Shown here: in pieces, positions 11,901 to 25,080 of the stretch
Position numbering within the stretch: position 1 is the stretch's first letter
Layout: every line of letters begins with the position of its first letter
Assembly (NCBI GenBank): GCA_951406725.2
Contig: OX597839.1
Span: forward strand, 22,754,001-22,818,000
DNA: 64,000 bases
Direction of reading: 5' to 3'
Source: Octopus vulgaris
Lineage: Eukaryota
Translations under genes and position numbers: made by a program
The notes under the pieces: model-generated
The model's database searches: none
Seen by the model: only the letters and a program-made list of their open reading frames with translations
What the model was told of the DNA's origin: nothing

Positions 11901-13317
11901 ACTCATCAACAGAGACAGGCTGCTGAAACGACTGTTGGGAAACTTTAAACTCCACCTGTATTCTCCTTTTATGCAAATGCCACACCTGAGACCATCCCTA
12001 TGGTGGATCCATAATTTGCATTGAATTGGAACCGACGTACAGGTGTGTGTGTGTACAAACAAACACACACATGCACACACACACATCGGGGAGTTCTGTT
12101 CTTCTTAATTCCACCCAAACCACTGAAGTATGAATTAGAAGAGGTTCTTTATTTTAGAAATCCGACTTAAGGTAGCAAGAAATCCTTGCCTAATTCAATT
12201 ATCACAACACAATAACAACACTGCTCAGTCCATTGGCTAATTATCTAATTAGCCATGCAGGAATGAAGCTGGTGTTGTTTGGCCTGGTGGACAATAATTG
12301 ATCGCACGTACAGGAATAAAAACTCAATAAAGGAAATATTCATTTTTAACGAATAAATGCAAGGAAATCAATTAATTTTGGAAAATGATTTAAGAAAAAT
12401 ACAACAAAAATATTAATGAGAAGACGGTTAATTCCTGCAGTTTGGATAATTTCAGTTCTTTGTTTGGTGAACGAAACCAACTGCGATCACGCTGCAGGAA
12501 GGAAGCAATGCAACTGCACTCTGGTAGACAAATCTACACCGTTCCAATAACTGCTGCTGCTGGTGCTGCTGATGCTGCTGCTGTTGTTGCCATAATGGAA
12601 TCATGATTGATTAGGCTAATCAGGACTGTTAATGAGTTACTGGGCTCCCCTCCTGCCAAACCTTTCTTTCTCTCTCTCTCTCTCTCTCACTTTTATGTAT
12701 GTGTATGTGTGTGTGTGTGTGTGTCCATGTGTATGCACATATATATGGTGAAGAGCAGGGAGGGAGGAGAATGAGGGGAGAAAAGGTGAGATGGATAGGG
12801 GAGGAGGATAAGGAGAGAGAGCCGGTAGTGGTGGTGGTGGTGGGGGAATTGGAGGACAGGAAGGAGGAAGAGAAGGTACAAAGAAGATGAAGAACTTGGA
12901 GAAAGAAGTCTTTGAAGAGAGGAAAAGTTATAGAGGAAAGGGGAGGGGGACGGGGGGGAAAATACCTAGGGTAGTGGTGAGGAGGGGAAAGTGAATGGGT
13001 GAGGGGTTTGCACGGAGATGGAGGGAGCGAGGGAGGGAGGTAGAGATAGGTTTAATCGTTTCTCTGGAATGTGAGTTTAGCAAAAGTCTAAAGAATGGCC
13101 TTGGCACATTCTATGTTCAAAGGTAATTCATTGAGTTACTAAGACACGAGGGGGCACTAACCCCCTCTCCCCTGCTATTACCACCCAGCGCTATTTACCA
13201 GCCTACTTCCCCACTATAAGTCTAACTGCTAACATTAAATCAGATAATAAAATTAATTTTAGTCATTAATGAAAAAAAAAATCATTATAACAATCGATTA
13301 AAACTCTACCCTAAAAT

Positions 13318-13363
<46 letters not shown>

Positions 13364-13404
13364 TAATAATAATGATAATAATAATGATGATAATGATAAT
13401 AATG

Positions 13405-13615
13405 ATCCTTTCTACCGAGGGGCACAAGGTCTTTGGGGAAAGGGATTAGTCGATTACATTGACCCCAATGTTTCACTGGTACTTAATTTATCGACCCTGA
13501 AGAGATGAAAGGCAAAGTCAACCTTGGTGGAATTTGAACTCAGAACGCAGTGACGGATGAGATACCGATAAGCATTTCATCCAGCAAGCTAAGGATTCTG
13601 CCAGCTCACTGCCTT
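13405..13615 (-). mobile_element. Nin-domain SINE (family B)
   Basis: Homologous to 6590-6822, flanked by (ATA)n/(GAT)n. Confidence 0.8.
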
Positions 13616-13719
13616 GAATAATAATAATAATGATGATGATGATGACGACGATGATAACGAAGAAGAAGAAGAAGATGATGATGAGCTTAAGGTATCGAGT
13701 GCTAAGGTACGCAACAACT

Positions 13720-13941
13720 CTTTCTCTTTTCTTTTTTACTCTTTTACTTGTTTCAGTCATTTGACTGCGGCCATGCTGGAGCACCGCCTTTAGTCGAGCA
13801 AATCGACCCCAGGACTTATTCTTTGTAAGCCCAGTACTTATTCTATCGGTCTCTTTTGCCGAACCGCTAAGTGACGGGGACGTAAACACACCAGCATTGG
13901 TTGTCAAGCAATGCTAGGGGGACAAACACAGACACACAAAC

Positions 13942-13976
<35 letters not shown>

Positions 13977-14138
13977 CGACAGGCTTCTTTCAGTTTCCGT
14001 CTACCAAATCCACTCACAAGGCATTGGTTGGCCCGAGGCTATAGCAGAAGACACTTGCCCAAGATCCCACGCAGTGGGACTGAACCCGGAACCATGTGGC
14101 TGGTTAGCAAGCTACTTACCACACAGCCACTCCTGCGC
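13720..14138 (-). mobile_element. family-A SINE, full length
   Basis: Reverse-complement match to 845-1249. Confidence 0.92.
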
Positions 14139-14401
14139 AGATTTTTAATTTACAAAATTCCTCTAAATTAATATTGTCGAAATTAAAAACACATGGGTGA
14201 TGATGATGATTGTGATGACAATATGGACGGTGTATTTAATTAGCAATACAGCAGGGTGTCTTCTGAGGGAGATTAAACTGTTGATTCCAGCAGGTCAAGC
14301 AGTTAGATAGGTGTTTCTCTTGGAGTTTGTATTTGCCATCTTTCATGTAAATAATCTTGGCCAGGATTGAACTTGAAGACTTTTTTACCATTTTTTAAAA
14401 T

Positions 14402-15045
14402 CTTTTACTTGTTTCAGTTATTAGGCTGTGGCCATGCTGGGGCACCAATCCTCGAAGAATTTCTAGTCAAATAAACTGACCCCAGGAGTTATTTTTTTAA
14501 GCCTAGCACTTATTCTATCGGTCTCTTTTGCCGAACCGCTAAGTTACAGGGACATAACTGTACCAACATAGGTTTTCAAGAGGGAGTGGGGAACAAGCAG
14601 AGACACAAAGACACACACACACACACATATATATACAACAGGCTTCCTTCAGTTTCCATCTACAAATCCACTCACAATTGTGATATTAATGGGTCTGTTG
14701 CATCGTAGATACGATGTTGTTGTTGTTATTGCTGTTGTAGGTATTTATTGTTACAGCTTCAAACATACCTCTGTTATCAAAAGCACCCCGACCATGCCCA
14801 CCCTGTTCTTTTTATATACCTAATGCTGCATAGGATCTAATGCAACTTGTTTTCAAGACATCGGAGTTTGAGTTGAGGGGGGGGGGATGTGAAAGGTGTA
14901 CACACACACACACATGCACATACACACACGCACATACACACACACACACACATGCCTGAGGTTATAGTAGAAGACACTTGCCCAAGGTGCCATGCAGTGG
15001 GACTGAACCCAGAACCATGGAGTTGAGAAACCAACATCTTACTAC
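14402..15045 (-). mobile_element. older family-A SINE interrupted by a ~270 bp locally copied segment
   Basis: SINE sequence breaks at ~14678 and resumes at ~14953. The insert matches 18985-19240. Confidence 0.8.
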
Positions 15046-15604
15046 AAAAATGAATTAACAGTAAAAAAAAGAGAAGAAAATAGCAAACAAACAGCCTGAC
15101 AACTTTTTTCTAATCTAAATCTTTAAAAAAATCTAAAAACAGATCTAAAAAAAAGAAAACTAATTTCAAATCTAAGAATAAAAAAGAACTGAACAATGAA
15201 AAACCTAAGAATGAATGAAATAAATTTTAAACAAAATTTGTAATTTGTGTGTTTTGATATTTTCTTTGCATTTAATTCCAGGCCAGATCTGTAAGTGTTG
15301 AAGTAGTTGTAAATTTAGTTTCTCCTTCAAATTGCATTTTCAACCTACAAACTGCAAACCTACTTCACCGTCAGACTGCCATTTAAGATAGTATTTTCCA
15401 CAATAGGTCAATAGTGATATTATTGAACACACTTATTAGACATCTCATTCAAAGAAATGATGCCACAAAGTGCTGGCGGACACAAGGAAAAGGACAAAAA
15501 CAAAACAACACAACACAAAAAAAAATCACCCATTGATGAATGCTGAATGGTAGGTTGGCAACCTGTATTGTGAGATTGTGTTACTAATAAACTGGTATTC
15601 CGTT

Positions 15605-15930
15605 GTTTATGAGGGCGAGTGTTTCAGTTGATCCGATTAACGGAACAGCCTGCTTGAGGAATTAATGAATTAATGTGCAAGTGGTTGAGTACTCCACAGA
15701 CACGTGTACCCTTAACGTAGTTCTTAAGGAGACTTAGTGTGACATGGAATGTGACAGGGTTGGCCCCTTTGGATTACAGGCACAGCTTATCTTTTGCTAG
15801 CTGAGTGGACTAGAGCAATAAAGTGAAATAAAGTGTCTTGCTCAAGGACACAATGTGCCACTGAGAATTGAACTCATGACTTTACAACTGTCAGCTGAAC
15901 ACCCTAACCACTAAGCCATGGGGCCTTCAA
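15605..15930 (-). mobile_element. CORE-type tRNA SINE (family C)
   Basis: Head TGGCTTAGTGGTTAGGGTG, CORE TGTGTCCTTGAGCAAGACACTTTATTTC, tail shared with the 37244 and 53260 elements. Confidence 0.8.
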
Positions 15931-16299
15931 TCAACCATCTTCATGGTTGAGGAGTATGAAAGGAGCCCTCAGATATGACCACCACTCCTCACCACTCACT
16001 GTGGACTCATGCTGAAGCTACACTCTGCCTGGGTCCTCCCTGTTCAACCTCGATGCAATCCCTACATGTTTGTCAACTGCAAGACCGATTACCATACGCC
16101 CAGCCCCTAAAGACAGAGCTACAGTGATTCCGATCCCTAATAAACATCACAGTTTTCATTGACTGACCATTGTCCCTACTTTTCAAATTCCCTCTCGTCT
16201 CCTTCAGAACTGAATCATCCAAGGGTGTTGCCCTAACCCTAAACACAATGCCTGACAGCAACACATCCCCCTCAACCACCCTCTACAGTCATGCCAGCT

Positions 16300-16521
16300 C
16301 AGAGGGACCGGTTTCCTGGTTTCCATGCCGTATGAATTCTCCACCTGGATAGGATGCCAGTCCCTCTCAGGTTAACTCATTTTTGCCAGCTGAGTGGACT
16401 GGAGCAACGTGAAACGAAGTGCCTTGCTCAAGAACACAACGCATCGCCCAGTCCAGGAATTGAAACACAATCTTATGGTCATGAGTCCAACATCCCTAAC
16501 CACTAAGCCACACACCTCCAC
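16300..16521 (-). mobile_element. CORE-type SINE with a different tail
   Basis: Same head and CORE as 15605-15930, unrelated 3' part. Confidence 0.7.
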
Positions 16522-17114
16522 ACCACCCTCACTCACTTGGTGTCAATCACCCTTACGGTTCAAACTTCACACCCATACAATTATTAGCCACAGCAGGGTT
16601 TTTATAAGTTTTAGAAGGTACTGTGCCACCCTACCCCCATCCAGCATGGTCACTTGATATGCTCAAAGTCAGTTAATAATTCCAGGGGTTTTACAAAACT
16701 GTTGCACTGGGAGTCAAATACAATTCCTTGGTTGTGATTTGGGGTCAGATATTCCAGTGTGGAAACATAATATTTATTGTTTTAGAGAACTTCATTTTAC
16801 CTGAACAACATTTCAAGTAGGTGGAAACTGAAAGAAGCCTGCCTTATATGGTTATGTATGTGCGTGTTTGTAAGAGTGTGTTTGTGTGTTTGTTTACATG
16901 TGTGTGTGTGTGTGTCCCCAACACCACCGCCGACATCTTTGGGCTACAAGTGGTGATATTGTTGCCATGACTCCTGTCAACAAATCATTTGATTAGGGGC
17001 TGCAGACCCAGGTCCAGCCCAGGATGGTCAAAGCATTTTCATTGCCCCCACCCCACCCACCAAAACAGCAGCAGTAAAAATGACGATTAGACAATAATGA
17101 TGAGGTGGATGAGG

Positions 17115-17150
<36 letters not shown>

Positions 17151-17257
17151 ATGTGTATGCATGTGTGTATGAGTACATGTGTGTGTACATGTATGTGTGT
17201 GCATGTAGGTGTTTGTATGTATGCATTTGTATGTATGTGTGTGTGTGTGGGTATGTC

Positions 17258-17641
17258 TTTTCTTTTACTCTTGCTTGTTTCAGTCATCAGACCGCGGCCA
17301 TGCTGGAGCATCACCTAGAAGAATGTTTAGTCGAATGAATCACCCCCAGTTCTTCTTTATTTAAAGCCTGGTACTTATTCTATCAGTCTCCTTTCTTGAA
17401 CGTCTAAGTTAAGGGGACGTAAACATACCAACACCTATTGTCAATTAGTAGGCGGGGACACACACACACAAATTTATAAAACAGGCTTCTTTCAGTTTCT
17501 GTCTACCAAATCCATGCGCAAGGCTTTGGTCGACCCGAGGCTATAGTGGAAGACACTTGCCCAAGGTGCCATGCAGTGGAACTGAACCTGGAATCATGTG
17601 GTTGGGAAGCAAGCTTCATACCAACCAGGCACTCCTGCGAC

Positions 17642-17676
<35 letters not shown>

Positions 17677-18075
17677 TTTATTCTTTTACTTGTTACAGTC
17701 ATTTGACTGCAGCCATGCTGGAGCACCGCCTTTAGTCGAGAAAATCGACCCCGGGACTTATTCTTTTGTAAGCCCAGTACTTATTCTATCGGTCTCTTTT
17801 GCCGAACCGCTAAGTAACGGGGACATAAACACACCAGCATCGGTTGTCAAGCAATGCCAGGGGGACAAACACAGACACACAAACACACGCATACATATAC
17901 ATATATACATATATACGACAGGCTTCTTTCAGTTTCCGTCTACCAAATCCACTCACAAGGCATTGGTCAGCCCGGGGCTATAGCAGAAGACACTTGCCCA
18001 AGATGCCACGCAGTGGACTGAACCCGCAACCGTGTGGTTGGTTAGCAAGCTACTTACCACACAGCCACTCCTGCG

Positions 18076-18142
<67 letters not shown>

Positions 18143-18502
18143 TTTACTCTTTTACTTGTTTCAGTCATTTGACTGCGGCCATGCTGGAGCACCACCTTTT
18201 AATACTTATTCTATCGGTCTCTTTTTGCCGAACCGCTAAGTAACGGGGACATAAACACACCAGCATCGGTTGTCAAGCAATGCCACGGGGACAAACACAG
18301 ACGCACACAAACACACACATATATATATATATACATATATACGACGGGCTTCTTTCAGTTTCCGTCTACCAAATCCACTCACAAGGCATTGGTCACCCAG
18401 GGGCTATAGCAGAAGACACTTGCCCAAGGTGCCATGCAGTGGGACTGAACTCAGAACCGTGTGGTTGGTAAGGAAGCTACTTACCACACAGCCCTCCTGC
18501 AC

Positions 18503-18503
<1 letters not shown>
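17258..18503 (-). mobile_element. three head-to-tail family-A SINEs separated by (TA)n
   Basis: Copies at ~17258-17640, 17675-18077 and 18140-18503. Confidence 0.9.
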
Positions 18504-18567
<64 letters not shown>

Positions 18568-18735
18568 TGTATTGTCTATTATGTGTATTAGGTCTATTAA
18601 ATGCATGCATGTGTGTGTGTGCGTGCGTGCATGCACAATGCACATACCTGCATAGAGATTACAATACAAGAACCATTTCCTGTATTTATTGAAGTACAGA
18701 CAGGTAGACAGAGACAAATATGTGTGTGGCGATGG

Positions 18736-18786
<51 letters not shown>

Positions 18787-19203
18787 GTTATTAGAGTAAG
18801 AAGGGATTGGAATTCCATTAATGTGACATAGAGTAGGTGCAGGTAGGGTGAATATAAACACACACACACATATACAGACATGTATGTACATACACACTCA
18901 CCTCATACACACACACACACTGAGGATATTACCTTTTGTTAAGCTAAATGCTGTCTTTTCACTGAATTGTTTGGGTGATATCTGGTGATATTAATGGGTC
19001 TGTTGCATCGTAGATACGATGATGCTGTTGTTGTTATTGCTGTTGTAGGTATTTATTGTTACAGCTTCAAACATACCTCTGTTATCAAAAGCACCCCGAC
19101 CATGCCCACCCTGTTCTTTTTATATACCTAATACTGCACAGGATCTAATGCAACTTGTTTTCAAGACATCGGAGTTTGAGTTGAGAGGGGGGATGTGAAA
19201 GGT

Positions 19204-19241
<38 letters not shown>

Positions 19242-19737
19242 ACATACTTACACACACACACATGCACACACACACACACACATACGCACACACACACACA
19301 CACGCACGCACATACACACACATACTTACACACACACACACACACGCGCGCGTGCACACATGCAAACTATTATTGCTAGCATGAAATCATTGTTGTCATC
19401 ATTCATCTCCAGACAAGCTCTGATCAAAAACACTCCAAACGTGACCATTCTGTCTGAGTTCTTGCCTAAGGTGTCTGAAACAACATTTTCTAAGGTATCC
19501 ATCCTAGTTTTCGTTTTTGACCACAGGGGAAAAATTACCTGGGTTTGACATTAAACTGCTTCTGGTGTTGAAACTCCAGATGGGGAGTTCTGGAGTCACC
19601 CCCTTAATTACCATAACTCCCAGATCTGTTCTGACCCCAGAAGAGTAGTACAGGTCAGGGTCCTATCCATGGATTAAATAAATTCTCATAAGGGCAGATT
19701 GAGCTCCTTAACTACAGTAAAAGCAATCAATCACAAA

Positions 19738-20313
19738 ACTGGCATGGCTGTGTGGTAAGAAGCTTGCTTCCCAACCACATGTTCCTGGGTTCAGTCCCAC
19801 TGCGTGGAACCTTGGGCAAGTGTCTTCTATTATAGCCTTGGGCCAACAGAAGCCTTGTGAGTGGATTTGGTAGACGGAAACAGAAAAATAAGCCCATTGT
19901 ATATATGTATGCTCTCTTTACTCTCTTTTACTTGTTTCAGTCATTTGACTGCGGCCATGCTGGAGCACCGCCTTTAGTTGAGCAAATCGACCCCGGGACT
20001 TATTCTTTGTAAGCCCAGTACTTATTCTATTGGTCTCTTTTGCAGAACCGCTAAGTGGCGGGGATGTAAACACACCGGCATCGGTTGTCAAGCAATGCTA
20101 GAGGGAACAAACACAGACACATACATACATATATATATATACATATATACGACAGGCTTCTTTCAGTTTCCGTTTACCAAATTCACTCACAAGGCATTGG
20201 TTGGCCTGGAGCTATAGCAGAAGACACTTGCCCATGATGCCACGCCGTGGGACTGAACCCGGAACCATGTGGTTGGTTAGCAAGCTACTTACCACACAGC
20301 CACTCCTGCGCCT
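19738..20313. mobile_element. family-A SINE head (+, 19738-19910) abutting a full copy (-, 19912-20313)
   Basis: Direct similarity to 845-1249 in both orientations. Confidence 0.9.
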
Positions 20314-20639
20314 ATATATAAATATGTGTGTGTGTGTGTATGTAAGCATGAATTTAATTGTGCCAAAGACCTATAATCCTTTGAGGGATGCTCACAGCCT
20401 TGCTCTCCAGTTTTATACCAGTGTTCAGTGAAAACTAAATATATTGGTTTTGCACTATGTGTGGTGGTATTTAAAATATTTTCGAATGAGAAAAGGAAGA
20501 AAATGGAAAAATTGACATACAGACATCAGTTTATTCAAAGATATTCAAATCCATATAACAAAATTCCTGTCCTACAACCGTTTCCATATCCGATGCGTTC
20601 AATTAAAGGAATTAAGCCATATTAGAGACTGACAGAATA

Positions 20640-21250
20640 ATTTGTACCAGCTTGGCAAGGTACCATACTGTATCTTGCCAACGTACTGTAGTATAGGCTA
20701 GTATAGAGCGTCGGCTGCGGGGTCATTCCGAAAAGCTCTACCTGCGACAATTTCATCTCAATTGAAGGAGAGGAGCTTTCTCCGTCCGGGTTGCGGATCC
20801 GTGGAACAAGCTGCCAGACGAGATGGTGAAGATGCCGACGACCGCTTTGTTCAAAGCCTCCCTGGACCTCAAGTGGCCTGAACTCTTTACATGAACACCA
20901 CCCTGTACTTAACTCCATGTCCCCCTACATGGCCTTGCTATTTGCTTTTGAGCCAAATTAACTAACTAACTAACTAACTAGGCTAGTGTGGTACCATACT
21001 GTACCTCAGTTTGGTACAGAATCATGTTGTATCACAGTTTGATATGGGACCATGCTGTATCATGTCATAATAGCATAGTTTTATATAGAAACATACAGTT
21101 AGGTGTGGTACCATGATGTACCTCAATCTGATGTGGAACCATGCTGTACTACGGTTTTGTATTGTACAGGCTAAACCAGTTTGGTGAGGTACCATGCAGT
21201 ACCTCAGTTTGGTGTAAAACCATATGGGATCAAATTTTGGTGTAGTTCCA
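20640..21250. repeat. degenerate minisatellite with GGTACCAT core, interrupted by the CR1 insertion
   Basis: Recurring GTGGTACCAT(A/G)CTGTACCTCAGTTTGGT-like units. Confidence 0.65.
20703..20978 (+). mobile_element. 5'-truncated CR1-clade LINE
   Basis: 20706-20894 encodes ERRLRGHSEKLYLRQFHLN*RRGAFSVRVADPWNKLPDEMVKMPTTALFKASLDLKW (CR1 ORF2 C-terminus). (TAAC)n tail, 9 bp TSD TAGGCTAGT. Confidence 0.88.
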
Positions 21251-21277
21251 AGACTGGCCACTTTGTCAATGTTTCTC

Positions 21278-21553
21278 AAAGTTCCACGAGGCCCCGGCAG
21301 AGGGTGGTGACGACCCCTGTTGTACTCTTTCGCTCCAACTTTCTCTCACGCTTTCTTCCTGTTTCTTGTCCTCCCCGACTTCCCACGCAACCGCTGAGCC
21401 TGGATGCGCATTCATCCATCCGTCGATGCTCTCGGTGTCGGGGGTTGACCTGCTTTCTCTTCTGCGGGTCTTACGAATAGCAAAGGACCATGTTTTAGAC
21501 TTCTCCCACTGGGACGAAGACCGCTTCGCTCAACAACCAAACAAACAAACAAA
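21278..21553 (+). mobile_element. 5'-truncated SINE with (CAAA)n tail
   Basis: 11 bp TSD CAATGTTTCTC at 21267-21277 and 21554-21564. The first ~90 bp is homologous to the central domain of the 37244-37632 SINE. Confidence 0.85.
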
Positions 21554-21649
21554 CAATGTTTCTCGAGTCTTCTATTCATTTATTCCATTTCAAAATGATT
21601 CCATTTTAATTTGTGAACCATTTTAGAGGAAATAAAACTATTTTCATAC

Positions 21650-22064
21650 ATTTTACTCTTTTACTCTTTTACTTGTTTCAGTCATTTGACTGCGGCCATG
21701 CTGGAGCACCGCCTTTAGTCGAGCAAGTCGACCCCGGGACTTATTCTTTGTAAGCCCAGTACTTATTCTATCGGTCTCTTTTTACCGAACCGCTAAGTCA
21801 CGGGGACGTAAACACACCAGCATCGGTTGTCAAGCAATGTTAGGGGAACAAACACAGACACACAAACACACACACACATATATATATATATACATATATA
21901 CGACAGGCTTCTTTCAGTTACCGTCTACCAAATCCACTCACAAGGCATTGGTCGGCCCGGGGCTATAGCAGAAGACACTTGCCCAAGATGCCATGCAGTG
22001 GGACTGAACCCGGAACCATGTGGTTGGTTAGCAAGCCCCTTACCACACAGCCACTCCTGCGCCT
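21650..22064 (-). mobile_element. family-A SINE, full length
   Basis: Reverse-complement match to 845-1249. Confidence 0.92.
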
Positions 22065-22806
22065 GAAAGTTGAAATATATTTTTTGACAAATCTATTAAA
22101 ATAGTTTAAACCTATAAATATAATTATTTAAATTATAATATAAATACACTTCAAAATGTCATTAAACGTTACTTTGTAAGTTAATTAATGAAATAGAATT
22201 TCTCTTTGTATTTTACATGCGTTTAATAATTCTATTTGTGACACACCTGGCTACATATTGCAGCATATCAGTATTTCGCAGTGTTTCCAGCGAATTAATT
22301 AAAGATTTTAATTAACGAATAGATTTGGACTGTTGTTACATTTTGGCTTCTTAAAGGTGATTGCCAGACCAACACAATGTCTGGATTAAACACGATTACT
22401 TGATTACTTTTGCTGTTTAGCCCAAGGACAGTTTTGAATGAGAAGGCCTAAGATCAAAGGTACTTCAGTCATGATCATTGAATCTTTCTCTCGGGAATTG
22501 CGTATCTCGGACTACCTCATCTAGCATGTCTTTCCCTTTTGTGCTGTGTGGGGACGCGCATGCCGAAGAAGGGGCCCAACATTTCTTCTGTGTGTTGTAA
22601 AGGGTGACTAAAAGAGGCACAGCTAGGATTTGCACACCAGCCTCATAAAACCCTCACTAGCAACAACTACCCCCACAAACATACCCATGAGTCGGGTGGG
22701 GGTGGGGCAGTTGTCACCAGAATGGTGCAAAGGTGTCGTCTACCAGGATTAGGGAGTCACCAACAAATGGCAATGCAGTGACACTCTGTTATTGTGCATT
22801 TCTCCC

Positions 22807-22843
<37 letters not shown>

Positions 22844-22870
22844 ACATACGTATAAATATTTACACATACA

Positions 22871-23283
22871 TAGGAGTAGCTGTGTGGTAAGTAGCTTGTT
22901 TACCAAACACATGGTTCCGGGTTCAGTCCCACTGCGTGGCACCTTGGACAAGAGTCTTCTACTATAGCCTCGGGCCGACCAAAGCCTTGTGAGTGGATTT
23001 GGTAGACGGAAACTGAAAGAAGCCTGTCATATATATGTATATATATATATATGTATGTGTGTGTGTATATGTTTGTGTGTCTGTGTTTATCCCCTTAGCA
23101 TTGCTTGACAACCGATGCTGCTGTGTTTACGTCCCCGCCACTTAGCGGTTCGGCAAAAAGAGACCGATAGAATAAGTACTGGGCTTACAAAGAATAAGTC
23201 CCGGGGTCGGTTTGCTCGACTAAAAGGCGGTGCTCCAGCATGGCCGCAGTCAAATGACTGAAACAAGTAAAAGAGTAAAGAGT
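22871..23283 (+). mobile_element. family-A SINE, full length
   Basis: Direct match to 845-1249. Confidence 0.92.
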
Positions 23284-23648
23284 ATACATTTGCATACATT
23301 CTGTGTGGGGACCAGCATGTCAAAGAACAGACATTTGTGTTGTAGAAGGTGACTAAAAAAGGTCGAGAGAGGATTTGCACTCTGACCTCGTAAAACTCTG
23401 GCCAGCAAGAACAACCGAAAACAGAGCGATGGGTTGAAGGGTTGTCACCAGAATGGTTGCAAAGGTCCTCTGCCTGGAGAAGAAGGGAATCAACAACAAA
23501 TGGTGAACGTAGCAATACACTACATACTACTGCGCCCCCCATTCATTTACTACTACTCTCTCCCTTTACATGTTGTTAGGGAGACATTTAAAAAAGGTTT
23601 GGCTGCTGTTTCTTGCTGGTTGAGTAACCATGTACAAGATCCTTCATT

Positions 23649-23700
<52 letters not shown>

Positions 23701-24172
23701 GCTCAAAGAGATGAAGAAACAATGTTTTTAATAAAGGACAATTAACATGAAGTTGGAAGGACCCATACGTGGGTTGACAGAAATGTTGAGATGTGCTTTT
23801 GTGAGACGTAAGACATGTTGTTGCCGGAGTCGTATGACTCACAAAAAAAGGCAACAGATATAAACTGTTTAATGTAACAGGGTGTAATGTTTTCTAAGGT
23901 TTGCAGATGTTTATTTGTCGTGGGTTTGGGCTTTAATGTCACTCAAATGTGTGTAGAAAAGATCATTGGGGTTGAACCCTGCAGGAAATTGCATCCTGAA
24001 GATATTTAGGTCCTGAACACACTCCAGCCTAGATCAGCTAATGACCATCCCTAAAGATCAAAAGAAAATCTAAGCTCAACATTGAGGGGCTGCATACACA
24101 GAGGGGACAGTCCCATTGGTACATACCAGCATGGAAAACAGATATTAGATGATAATGATAATGGGATTTTGT

Positions 24173-24238
24173 GGGCAGTGGCGTAGTATGGGTAGTGGCG
24201 TAGTATGGGCAGTGGCATAGTATGGGCAGTGGCCAGTA
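24173..24238. repeat. 17 bp minisatellite, ~3.8 copies
   Basis: Unit GGGCAGTGGCGTAGTAT. Confidence 0.85.
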
Positions 24239-24739
24239 CTTTGGGCAAAACAAGGACTGCTAAGAGAATACATGAAATTTTGTGCCCCTAAGAACTTAGC
24301 ATCCAGGGTAACTGCCTGTGGCCTAATCCATCCATGTCATACCCCTATCACTGTGATGGGACCATGAGGATTAAATAAGGTGTAGACAAAACGCCATATT
24401 TAGTACTGTATTTCCTCTTTGTTTCTTCAACTACTACTACTACTACAACTATTGCTGCTGCCTTCACTACTACTATTACTACAACAACTACTACCACCAT
24501 CAACCACTACTACTGCTATAATCAAGATCACTACTATAACCGCCATCTCTGCTCCTCCTCCTCCAATGAGTACATCCTCCACCCACATCCATCCAATATC
24601 CTTTTCTTTCCTTCCTCTCATCACTTTGATTGTCTCTACCGATCCCCGTGCTAAAGTTTTTCCTCATCTGCACCCTGGAATTCACATTCTTCTTCCAGAC
24701 CTCATTTTACAATTTAAATATCAGCTGTTGTGATTCCAC

Positions 24740-25080
24740 CTAAAAGGGTAAGGACCCCCCTTCAGTCAAGAATGACCATAGGATTGCACCAAGAAAGTTC
24801 CCCTCCGGGGCAAAAGTCCAGGCAAGATGCCCTTGCAACAGACCAACAGATGCCCTTGCATACCAGCCTCCCCTCCTCTCCACACTATTGATGTCATCCA
24901 AGGGAAAGGCAAAGGGACCGATACAGCTTGGCACCAGAGAAATCACAACTCACTTCTACAGCTGAGTGAACTGGAGTAACGTTAAATAAAGTGTCTTGCT
25001 CAAGAACACAACACACAGCCTGATCCAGGAATTGAACTCACTACCACACGATTGTGATCCTAACACTCTAACCACTGATC
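24740..25080 (-). mobile_element. CORE-type SINE with a third tail type (also at 45552-45820, +)
   Basis: CORE TGTGTTCTTGAGCAAGACACTTTATTT. Tail GCCTGGACTT..GGAACTTTCT..GACTGAAGGGG is shared with 45552-45820. Confidence 0.75.
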
